A DNA stretch of 62,939 nucleotides, the filler included, from Pirum gemmata (taxonomy: Eukaryota): the NCBI GenBank assembly GCA_002812295.1. It is 23 parts of 23 records of this genome, joined end to end, with 100 filler letters (N's around TTAATTAATTAA, not from the genome) between each part and the next. Parts side by side here need not be neighbours in the genome. Positions count along the whole stretch, not along the records: positions 49,038 to 51,558 come from PDIN01005718.1; positions 51,659 to 54,182 come from PDIN01005719.1; positions 54,283 to 57,618 come from PDIN01005720.1; positions 57,719 to 60,273 come from PDIN01005721.1; positions 60,374 to 62,939 come from PDIN01005722.1; 18 more parts are not named here. One strand, 5' to 3'. Under the pieces are notes generated by a model, which did not search any database, was not told where the DNA came from, and saw only the letters and a program-made list of their open reading frames with translations. A program made the position numbers and the translations under genes. Below, one piece after another: positions 51,227 to 62,939 of this stretch; position 1 is the first letter of the stretch; each line of letters begins with the position of its first letter.

Positions 51227-54200
51227 GATAACTTTTTAAGAGTAAATTAAAAGTACTAGTGTTAATTGACAATGCTAAACTCGATGATTAAGTCTATGAT
51301 TATAGCTTTAATTTCAAAACAATATAAAAAAGAATAATAAAAAAATGCATTATTAATAAAAAATTTATAAACTTGCGTATAATATAATTATCGTCTATTT
51401 CATTAAGTGTTCTCCCCTCAAACTTTTTATTGGTAAGTGTACAATTGAATTTGTTTATAAAAAAGGGTTAGGGGTTAGGGTTAGGGTTAGGGTTAGGAAG
51501 TGTTAGGGTTAGAGTTAGGGTTTAGAGTTAGAGTTAGTGTTAATTATAATAATAATAANNNNNNNNNNNNNNNNNNNNNNNNNNNNNNNNNNNNNNNNNN
51601 NNTTAATTAATTAANNNNNNNNNNNNNNNNNNNNNNNNNNNNNNNNNNNNNNNNNNNNGGTAGGTTTTCGTAATATGACATAACGCAAAAAATATATATA
51701 TATACTGTAATTTAGGGTACTATTTTTTCCAAATAATTACGTCATAAGCGGTAGGTAGTCCTTCTCAAACATGACAGGGGTAGTAGGGTAGGTTTTTGTC
51801 CAAATCGGCGATACGTAATTATTGAACGCTCCCTTATCATAGTATTAATATGACTATTATCATAATAAAAAAAAAATTTTTATACTATGATATAGACTAA
51901 ATAAAATTAAATTAAATTTTATAGTGTCTAGCTAGTGCAAGTAGTACGTTTTGTCAGGTTGTTTTGTCATCATAAAGTATACAATATTATTAAAAGAGTA
52001 CCAAAATTTAATTAATACAATATAAATCCATTTAATTTATATTTCATTATCTGTTTATTCATTTACAAATATCAAATTTAAAGGTTATAACCTATCAAAC
52101 AAATATTCAGGATGACAAATAAATGAAATCTACTCTGCTAGCTAGGTGGAAGCCCTGGTAAGGCCCTGGTCCTACGCTACTACTACTACTAGCTAGACCC
52201 CCCACCGGTCTACGGTAGAGCTCTGTTGCGGTAGAGCTGGCCAGGGTTATTTATATCTACAATTATAATAATTATTTATAACAAACCGGCATGAACAAAC
52301 AGCAGCATAATAAATATAGAAGAAACCCTAACAGCAAACAAACACTTTTTTTTTTAATGATATCCATTAAAGGATGTCATCTAATCTTTAAAACACAAAA
52401 ATACCGTTTTAATTAATAATTAATTAGTTTTTTAAGTCACACTTCCGAGCAATGACTTTTATCAAAGAATAAGTGATGTCCTTTATGAATGTTCCCTAAG
52501 ACTTAGTACCCTAACAAGCTCAAAAACGTTAACTATATAGAACAAAACAACAACTTATCAAAAACAGGATGACTTATCACATAAAAGTTCTAAGCTTTCA
52601 GATTGGAATCTAAGCTATTAAAATGGCAATCTAGAAAAAGGGTACGAGTAAACTACGAGTAAATAAAGTGACATCATTACGAGACGTTATTAATACTTTA
52701 TTAATGAATGTTCAGGAATTTTTTCTAATTAAATTTTTTTATTTGGATGTTTTTCTATGTTTTTCAATTAAATATTTAGCTTAGTTTTTTTTTTTAAAAA
52801 AAATACATAATTTATATCATAAAACTACCAACATGATAATTTGGTAGGTATTCTTTATAACCGATTTTATGCATAGGAGCCGATGATTGGACTACGGTCG
52901 GAGAATCAATACAAAAAGACTACCAAATATTAGACTATTAAATAGTAAACTATTAGTAATAATAATAATAATTTGATCACTGTAATTTAATACGCAAAGA
53001 AAACCAGCAAAACAGTGAGCCTTTTTCAATGGCAATACTGTTCCAAAGAATTGGCCCTAACCCTAACCCTAATTATAACCCTAACCCTAACCCTAACCCT
53101 AGACAGGCTCTCCTAGACTGGCTCTCCTAAATCAAAAAATACATAAATTCCAACAACATAGATGACAACTCCAACAACACCCATAACAATGACTATAATG
53201 TATAGACTAACGCCATAATATATATATTAGGAACAAAATTAAACTATAGTTATTAAAAACCAATATTTCTACAACAAATAACAATATTAATACAATTAAT
53301 ATTGCTAATTTATAATCATAGACTATATATGAAAAAGAGTGTTTTTTTACTATATATATAATATTGTATTATAGTTATGCTTATAATAGTTATATATTAT
53401 ATTGCATTACTAGAAGTACAAGTTAAAACCGAATGAAAATCAAATCATTAACTTTATAACAACAAACTACAACTATATATATAAATAAATAACTATATTA
53501 TATTATATTAATATAACTGTTAATATACATACAGCTACTACTAGTACTGCTCCTCCTTTTCCTCTACCAGGAATCATATAGAATTCATATAGTAGACTAG
53601 CTTTAGAAATTGGAAAACAGGACCAAACTCCCGGAAATATAATATTATATTAATATTAATAATAATATATAATATTATATATTATATAGATTTATAGAAT
53701 TGTCACTCAGAATAATTGTTTGGTTGGTTATAATATTTGAATTGTCATTTTTAAATGAATAAATAAATAATAAAGTATACCAAATTAATTAAATGAAATG
53801 TATTTTTATTTTATTAGTTTGGTATTCTTTATTGTATATTGTATGATGACAAAACAAATGAAAAGCACGATATTTTATATTAAAGAGGTAGACTAGGGGT
53901 AGGCGAACCTGGTCCCTCTAACTCTCGATCTGCGAATGCTTTAGAAACTAATTATCGGCATATAATATAGTGGTATATATAATATATGGGTTAGGGTTAG
54001 GGTTGGGGTTGGGGTTGGGGTTAGGGTTAGGGTATATGATATTGTATTATTGAAAAACAATATTAATAATAATAGTTCAATAATGTATTAAAAAGCACAA
54101 TGGTAATTATTGTTTATTTATTATTATTGTTGTAAATTAGTATATTATTTTTTGTTTTTTTTTTATGTTATAATAATATAATNNNNNNNNNNNNNNNNNN

Positions 54201-54282
54201 NNNNNNNNNNNNNNNNNNNNNNNNNNTTAATTAATTAANNNNNNNNNNNNNNNNNNNNNNNNNNNNNNNNNNNNNNNNNNNN

Positions 54283-54700
54283 TAACCCTAACCCTAACCC
54301 TAACCCTAACCCCTTTTCTAAACAAACCTATTTCAGTCCTATTTCTTATCTGGGTCATGTTATGGAATCTAGGTCTCAAAGTTATGATTTATGATTTATG
54401 ATTTATGATTTATGATTTATGATTTATGATTTAGATTTATGATTTATGATTTATAATATGATTTATGATTTATGATTTATGATTTGTCATATATGATTTG
54501 TGATTTATGATTTATGCATATGAGCTTTATTAATATTATATATATGATTTATATGATTTATGATTTATGATTTATGATTTATGATTTATTATTTACGCAT
54601 ATGATTTATATGTGATTTATGATTTATGATTAATATTTATGATTTATTATATGATTTATGATTTACATGATTTAATTATGATTTATGATTTATGATTTAA
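54283..54700. repeat. (CCCTAA)n at the contig start followed by an (ATGATTT)n heptamer satellite
   Basis: TAACCCTAACCC at 54283-54312; ATGATTT tandem units at 54384-54698. Confidence 0.9.
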
Positions 54701-55121
54701 GTTTTCTAATTAATTAATCATTATCAATACTCGCTGATTGGGATCATATTTCCAGTGCTACTTCTCCTTTTTCTAAAGAAGATTATAATTTAGAAGGAGT
54801 TACACGGAACCGGTAAGGGGTCACAGCTGTTTTAATTTTTTTTTTTTTTTAATTAAAACAGCCAAGCCGGATAAAACTGTAGAAATCATTTTTTTTTTAG
54901 ACTTCTTTTCTAAAAACCTTCAAAAAAAATTTTTAATGCTATGATATCTAGCCAAATTACTTTTAAAAACTAGTTATCGGTTCATAATAGAGTTTTCTTA
55001 GTTAAAAGATTTCTCAAAATTTGGTAGTACTTTTATTAAAATTGGATCATTTTGAGATTTTTTGGATTTTTGAACTATATACTATATANNAATAATAATA
55101 ATAATAATGATAATAATAATG

Positions 55122-55153
<32 letters not shown>

Positions 55154-55310
55154 CAATACATAACAATACATAGCAATAACAATAACAAAAATAATAACGA
55201 TATATAACAATAATAATGGGTATTTGATTTTATATGTCTTGTTTGTTTGTTTTTGATTGCTATTATTTCTTTAAATACGAGTCCTCATTTTATTTATGTA
55301 TTTTTCACAG

Positions 55311-57618
55311 CATTCACTTTCCTTTTTAAATGATGCTCTCGATCAACAAATATCAATGAATAGTTTCTTAGTGGGAAACAATACTTCGTGGAACAGTATT
55401 GATTATCTATCTATTAATGACAACGAAAACAACAGCATCAGGAATAATTTTAACAGTAAAGGCATCAACAATAGCAACAGAAATAATAACAGTAACAGTA
55501 ACAGTAATAGTAATAGTAATAGTAATAGTAATAGTAATAGCAATAGCAATAGCAATAGTAATAGTAATAGTAATAGTAATAGTAATATTAATAGTAATAA
55601 CAATAACAATAACAATAATAATAACAATAACAATAACAATAACAATATTAACAACAACAACAACAACAACAACATAAATAATAATAGTAATATTATTAAT
55701 AATAAAAATAATAATAACAATAACAATAACAATAGCAGTAACAATAACAATAATATTTACAATCATGTCATTAATAACAACAATAATTCTAGTATTGGCA
55801 ATAGTAATCCAAATCCCAATTATGGTAGAAGGGCGTCCAAAAATATAAGTAGATCAGTTTCGTTAGGTGCCTCTGTTCCATACAGTCAAGTGTATCAATC
55901 TCTTGATGCTATGCAAGAATTATTAGATCAAGCACCAGGTGTAGAGAGTAATAACAATACTCCACGGTCGACATTGCAACATCAACAAATTTCAAATATA
56001 TCTTCACCATCTTCTCCTATAACACCCAATTCATTTGTTCAATCACCTCGACGATCACCTTCCTTACCCACTATATCTAACGGGGTCACCGCACAATTTA
56101 CTTCAAAAGACGATTCAGATAACACAAATGATGTTTCTGCCTTACCGCAACCCACCAAACGAATAAATCGAAAGAAGAGTAACTCAGTCTCAGCTCGCCT
56201 TGGTGGAGATTGTGGTGCAGAGTTGGGTGGGAATAGGAATAGACTTCCATTCAACTCAACGGGAAAAGCAAGCGCAAGGCGGATAAATAGTTTAGGTAAA
56301 TTTTCATATTTATCTTCTCTAGATGTCTACATATGTTTTGTTTTTGTTTATATCCATTTATATTTACAACATTGACATTTTCTAATTATGTTAATTATTT
56401 TTGTGTTTCTAATTTTCGTAACAGGCAAGAATCTAAAAACTAAACCTTTAACCGCTTTACTTGAGAGTCTCAATAGTAGGGTTGATATGAGTGATGAATC
56501 AAATGAAGGACAAGAACATCAAACAATTTCAATGGGTAACCAAAATTCACCTGTGCTACGCCATAATATACCTATGTTGCACCATAATTCTCCTCCTCTA
56601 CACGAAAACTCTCCTGTGTTAGGCCAAGCCCAAGCCCAAAACTCTCCTCTGCTAGCCCAAGCCCAAGCCCAAAACTCTCCTCTGCTAGCCCAAGCTCAAG
56701 CCCAAAACTCTCCTCTGATAGGCCAAGCTCAAGCCCAAAACTCTTCTCTGCTAACCCAAGCTCAAGCCCAAAACTCTCTTCTGCTAGGCCAAGCTCAAAG
56801 CCAGCAAGTCCAACAGCAAGGCCAACAAGGCCAACAAGGCCAACAAGGCCAACAAGGCCAACAAGGCCAACAAGCCCAAGCCCAAGCCCAAGCCCAACTA
56901 GCCCAAGCCCAAGGCCAACAAGCCCAAAACCAAACGCAGTCACAATCACAATCACAATCACAATCACAATCACAATCACAATCACAATCACAATCACAAT
57001 CACAGCAACAGCAAAGAGCTGGTGATATAATAACAACTAAAAAGAGTGCGTGCAGAAAAAATAGCAAAGATAAAAAATTGAAAGTGGAACAAAACGGTCC
57101 TCAGTTGTTAACTTTCGTAAATTCATCTTTCATGGAGGAACTACAACCAATACCTATAATACAAAAAGACACAAAACTTTCCAAATCGAGAAAAGTTAAA
57201 AAGAGCAAAATGATACCTGGTGAGCAAGAAATGGATTGTAGTGAAGATTTTGGTACAGACTTAAACACAAAAGACCAGGAACCGCAGCAAACACTGCAAT
57301 CTTCTCATGAACAACAACCACAGCAACAATGTCAACAAGCCCATCCAAAACTACCCAAACGCCCAAAACAACCAAAACAACCAAAACAACCAAAACAAAC
57401 AAAACAACCAAAACAAACACAAGCACGACAAGCACAACAAGCAAAACCAAAACTAGAACCAGAACCAGACCTACCAGAACAAATACTAAAAACACCACAA
57501 CCACAACCACAACCACAAACACAAACACAACCACCACAACCACCACCACCACCACCACCACCACCGCAACCGCAACCACAACCACAAATACAACCACAAC
57601 CACAACCACAACCACAAC
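55311..57618 (+). CDS. Two exons of a large N/Q/P-rich low-complexity protein, 3' truncated
   Basis: CACAG acceptor at 55310; intron 56296-56424 (GTAAAT...AACAG) joins the 359-aa and 428-aa ORFs in frame (INSLG-KNLK); internal NSPLLAQAQAQ, QGQ, SQ and QPK repeats. Confidence 0.8.
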
Positions 57619-58876
57619 NNNNNNNNNNNNNNNNNNNNNNNNNNNNNNNNNNNNNNNNNNNNTTAATTAATTAANNNNNNNNNNNNNNNNNNNNNNNNNN
57701 NNNNNNNNNNNNNNNNNNATAATAATAATAATAATGGTACTATGAAGGTACCATGGTAGTCTAGTCTATCGTTGTTACAGTAGTTTACAGTACTAGTGAT
57801 TCACGCTGACTTACCTTCCCCTCTTTGAACCTTTGAATATATAATTTAGCGCTTTTCATTTATTTTGCCAATCCGAATATTCATATGGTTGGTTATAATT
57901 TTTTAATTGATATTGTTAAATGGATAAATGGATAATAAAATAATATACCAAATTAAATGAAATGGATTTATATTGTTTTAATTTGGTACGCTTTATTGTA
58001 TACTTTATGATGACAAAACAACTGAAAAGTACGATTATGCCACAAAATACAAAAGTGCCAGTATTTGCACAATTTTACACTGTTGTCGCATAAAGTGTCT
58101 AACAGTTCTATAGTAACTGTCTACAACTTTTAAGCTTACAATTAAGTATTCAAATATATTTATTTATTTTTTAAAAAAAAAACCCAAAAAATACGAAAAA
58201 AAATTTTTTTTCGAACGGAGCAGTGAATTTTGGCTTTTTTGACAGCAGAAATTCGAGTTTTCGGGTTTGAGCACTGTGAATTTTGGCTTTTTTGACAGCA
58301 GAAATTTGAGTTTTCGGGTTTGAGCAGAATTCGAAGATGCCTATCTGGTACACCTTTTGTATGATATTATTACATCTGGATATTATGTAGACTATGCCAG
58401 TTATAGACTTGATCTGGTTTGCAAAGTTGACTTCTGCTAGTTGACTTTTGCAAACTCTTGAAAAATCTAGAACTAAAAATAATTCAAAATGTTATAGTTT
58501 TTCAGTTGTTTTGTCATTATAAAGTATACAATAAATAGTTCCAAATTAATATAATATAAATACATTTAATCTAATTTTGTATATTTTGTTATCTGTATAT
58601 TGATTTAAAATTGTCAATTTTTAAGATTATAACCCTCCAAATAAATCAAATAAATATTCGGAGCACGATACTAACAAAGTTGAATAATAGCATTGGTAAA
58701 TCATTGGTAGCTTTTAGAGTTTTTTGGAGAAGAGCTAATTTCACAACCAATAATTGCAGGTATCCACAGGATCTATAGATTTTTTATATTAAAAAATGAA
58801 AGAAAATTGGCCAATAAACAATATGAAAAGACTTCAAATTTATTTTACCTAATTAAGTATACTACTACACTACTAC

Positions 58877-59037
58877 TACTATGGGTTCAAACAATCTAAA
58901 AACATCCAACTTTTTTTATATATACTCGAAAATTGCAAACCTATCAAAATACCTATTACATTACTTTGTTCTAAAACTGAAAATTCTAGTGAAACCCAAA
59001 AGTTGTACGTTTTTTAAAAATTATTTCCACCATAGTG
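58877..59037. mobile_element. MITE family H with (C/T)ACTATGG termini, possibly Transib-like
   Basis: TACTATGGG...AAAAACATCCAACTTTT ... AAAAGTTGTACGTTTTT...CCATAGTG. Confidence 0.6.
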
Positions 59038-60639
59038 AGCCTATTATGTAGCTAAACTCGAATTTACTACTATTTACTGTTGTAGGCTATAGCTAACAGT
59101 AAAGTTCCCACAAAGTCTTGCAAATTATCATAGCGCAAATAAATTTATAAACAATAAGCAATAATTAACAACAATAACAATAAAAAACAATTTTAAAAAC
59201 AATAAAACAATAACAAGTAGCAACCATTAAACAAACTAATTTAACAACAATAGCAACAAAAAACAAACAATAATCACAATTGTAATAGACAATAGGATGA
59301 AAACAAACAACTAACAATAAATAATGAATAACAACAACCAACAATTGCAACCAACAACACAATGTATATTTTATAAATATTGTTTTGTTATTTTTTTTAA
59401 TTTTTTTTTTACTTTTTTTTGTTTTTGTTTTTGTTTTTACTATGTTTTTTTTTGGGTGGCTTTCTTTTTTTTGATGTTTTTCAAAATTTATTTGAAACAT
59501 TTTTCTATTAGGAAGTTTTAAATCAATATGTACTTTACTTCGTTGATGAANAAAAAAAAAAAAAAAAAAAAAAAAAAAAGACAAAAACCTTTTTTTTTTA
59601 TTTTTAGTAAAGTCGAATTGGGGAGTAACTTGGGGGTAAGCCAAGGGTAAGCCAAGGGTAATTAGGTGGAATTAACGGTTAGCTTTGTAATCTTATAACA
59701 TAATATAGTTGTAATATATCATGCAAAAGAAAATAATAATAATAATAATATAATAATAATAATAATAATAACAATAGCTAAATATAGTAATAGTAATAAT
59801 TATAGTAATGGTAATAATAATAGTTGTAGTATTAAAAAATAATAGTAATCGTAATAGTAATAATAATAGTAATAATAACATTAATAATAGTAATAATAGT
59901 AATAGCAGCTGTAATATATACGTACATATATTACAATATAAATGATATATAAAATTAGCAATAGTAATAGCAATAGTAATAGTAATAGTAATAGTAATCG
60001 AGTGTAATAGTAATAGTAGTATGTACGTACATGTAGTAGTTTATAATAGCCTATAATTATAATGTATACATATAATGGCAGTTGTAAAGTAGTATCATAG
60101 TAGCATCCACAGTTTTAAAAAGGTAGTATAGAAATCAATCCAAAAAAAAAAAAATCAATGAAAAGCTAAGTAAAAAGAAAACAAAAACGAAAAAAAAAGA
60201 ATTGAACAAATAAAGTGTAAAAGACACTTTGCAAAGTTTTGCATTTGTCAGTTTGCTTTTTTTTTTTTTTTTTNNNNNNNNNNNNNNNNNNNNNNNNNNN
60301 NNNNNNNNNNNNNNNNNTTAATTAATTAANNNNNNNNNNNNNNNNNNNNNNNNNNNNNNNNNNNNNNNNNNNNAAAAAAAAAAAAAAAATGGAAAAAATG
60401 AAAATTTTGTTGACCTGATGAAATAAATCACTATCATAATTATGATCGAATTTTTTAAAAAAAACAAAACCCAATCGAAAACAGTACTAGCTACGAACTT
60501 TAAAAAAATTGATCCTACTTTGGGCAAATGATGTTCGATAAAATAAATAAATAAAAATAATAATATCGATATAAAATTGATAATAATTTATAATAATAGG
60601 GGGTACCAGAACCCTGACCCTGACCCTAACCCTTTTGTT

Positions 60640-61270
60640 TATTTTGCTAATTTTGTTAATTTTGTTTTGTTAAGTTTGTTAAGTTTGTTAAGTTTGTTAA
60701 GTTTGTTAAGTTTGTAATTATTTTAATTGTTTTAATTATTTTAATTTTGTTATTTTGTTAATTTTTGTTAATTTTTGTTAATTTTGTTAATTTTGTTAAT
60801 TTTGTTAATTTTTGTTAATTTTTGTTAATTAATTTTGTTAATTTTTTTACTTTTTTTAATTTTTTTAATTTTGCTTATTTAAAAGTTTTGTTTTGTTATT
60901 TTTTTCAATTTTCAATTTTGCTTATTTTTAAGTTTTGTTTTGTTATTTTGTTTCTAGTGTTCTAGTTTATTAATTTTGTTATCTTTGTTATCTTTGTTAT
61001 TTTTGTTTTGTTGATTAAGTTTGTTATATTTGTTAAATTTTGTTGTGTTAATTTTGTTAATTTTGTTAATTTTGTTAATTTTGTTAATTTTGTTAATTTT
61101 GTTAATTTTGTTAATTTTTAATTTTGTTAATTTTAACCCTAACCCTAACCTAACCTGTTACTTTTGTTACTTTTGTTACTTTTGTTACTTTTGTTGCTTT
61201 TGTTGCTTTGTTACTTTTGTTAACTTTTGTTAACTTTTGTTGCTTGTTACTTTTGTTACTTTTGTTAATG
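60640..61270. repeat. Intronic 8-9-mer simple repeats (TTAATTTTG, TTAAGTTTG, TTACTTTTG)
   Basis: Direct tandem units upstream of the FkbM exon acceptor. Confidence 0.8.
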
Positions 61271-61345
61271 TTAATTTATTTTGTTAGTTATTGTTAGTTT
61301 TTGTTGGTTTTGTTCATCTTTGATAATTTTACATTAATTCTATAG

Positions 61346-62048
61346 ACTAAAAAAATGCCATCTCCACTCAAGAGAAGAATTAAAAAAAAACCAACACTCG
61401 CAACAACATGAAGACGAAGCGTTGCTTGACATTTTTGGTACGAACTGTAATGGGTCTTATATTGAAATGGGCGCGCTCGATGGATCTAGATATAGTAATT
61501 CGCATGTTTTCAATAAGGTGTTGGGCTGGAAAGGTGTTTTGATCGAGGCTTCCCCTTCAAATTACAAACAATGTCTTCTCAATCGGCCGAATAAAATTGC
61601 AGTCATTAATGCTGCAGTTTGTGATAAACCTCGGACTGTTCACTATATGGAGAGAGATGAAGTAAACGTTGCTGTTCGAGGTATTTGGGAGTTTGCATCG
61701 GATGATTTTAAGAAAACCTGGTGGCCCAATCTTGAAAAAGAAGACGGTATCAAAATCGAATGTAGCGGACTGGCCGATTTACTTAAACAGTATCAGAAGA
61801 AAACTTATTTTGATTTTTATTCATTAGATGTTGAAGGAGCAGAGTTGTTGGTGCTACAATCAATAGACTTTAGCGTACTGGAATTTGGAATTATTTTTTT
61901 AGAAAGGGGGAAACATGATGAAGAAGCTGCTTCCCTCTTAAAGAAGCATGGATATGAGCCCTTTATTCCCAGGGTTCATACTACTGGATCAAAATGGTTC
62001 AAAAACAAAAACTTTGACCAAATTTATTTTAATGAAATTCTTGATTAA
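61346..62048 (+). CDS. FkbM-family SAM-dependent methyltransferase (Star-like), last exon
   Basis: HSQQHED...YIEMGALDG...SNS...GWKGVLIEAS...NAAVC...FDFYSLDVEGAEL; the frame extends upstream to a CTATAG acceptor near 61345. Confidence 0.92.
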
Positions 62049-62939
62049 AAAATCTTACCTTTACGTTTTTCAAAAATTGTTTTTCTGGTCGTTATTATAT
62101 TTGTTTGTTATTATTATTATTATTAATTATTATTGTTATTGTTTGTTATTAATATTATTGATTCTTGATTAAAAAATCTTACCAATCTTACCAATCTTAC
62201 CTTTACGTTTTTTAAATTGTTTTTCTGGTCGTTATTATATTTGTTTATTATTATTATTATTATTATTAATTATTATTGTTATTGTTTGTTATTAATATTA
62301 TTGGTTGTTGATTATTATCGATTATTATCGATTATTATCGATTATTTTTATTGACTATTATTATTGTTATGTAATAATATGATTATATATCGAGTTAATG
62401 ATAAATGTAATAAAATTATTAATAATAATTGTCAAAGTGTTCGTTGATTAATAAACCGTTAGATACTGTAAGCTTGTCCTTTATATTTCTTATTATTGGA
62501 TTCCTTCTTATTTATCATCTGCCGCAACAATTTCTAAATCTTGTATTATCATTTAAACTTGTCCTCAATAATTTCCAAGTCTTGTATTATCATTTAAACT
62601 TTTTTGGTTATAAATGCAAGTAAGTTATATTTATAATTCTTGTATTTTAATATTTTAATATTATTTAGATTAAAATAATATTTATAACTAGATTATTCAA
62701 ACAGCTTCAAACTCGGCCTATCCTCATACAGGCATGTTTTGGAGTGATAATTATTTAGTAATTCGGTACAAGTTATTTTTATTCATTTTGCTATTTGATT
62801 GTTAATTAATTTAAATGTTTTTCTTTCATTTTTTCTCTTCAGTTTTGTTTTCTTCGTCTTCAACTTCCTTGTCCTTCTCGTTTTCTTTTGCTTTTTCAGT
62901 TTACTCCTCAGCTTATAATAATAATAATAATAATAATAA

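Noticed and set aside
62420..62790. Minus-strand coding remnant with duplicated MIIQDLEI segment
   Set aside because: Multiple stops and no identifiable family.

Overview
This window is not one locus. It is about 23 short (mostly ~2.5 kb) unrelated contigs joined by an artificial N-TTAATTAATTAA-N spacer, so adjacency across spacers means nothing. The DNA is from a very AT-rich eukaryote using the standard code, with GT-AG introns, long poly-Q/poly-N coding tracts and many short TTAGGG tracts. A unicellular holozoan or similar protist is plausible, but that is inference. Supportable genes, mostly partial: an ATE1-like first exon, two C2H2 zinc-finger proteins, an RA-domain adaptor-like protein with YDxP and RxLPPxP motifs, a type II membrane protein, a Cys-rich DxCG-repeat protein, a triple UBM-like protein, a WD40 last exon followed by a tandem array of its own decayed 3' end, an intronless secreted beta-helix (GH87-like) enzyme with SMB-like and Cys-rich tail modules, a beta/gamma-crystallin-like fragment and an FkbM methyltransferase. 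Intergenic DNA is dense with at least seven families of short TIR elements (MITEs) with different target-site signatures. I see no rRNA, tRNA, CRISPR array or intact transposase. No multi-gene system can be demonstrated. The most unusual signals are recurrent tandem duplication of gene 3' ends, the modular GH87-like gene, the phosphotyrosine-type adaptor and the MITE diversity. All family assignments are by eye from remembered motifs; no searches were run.
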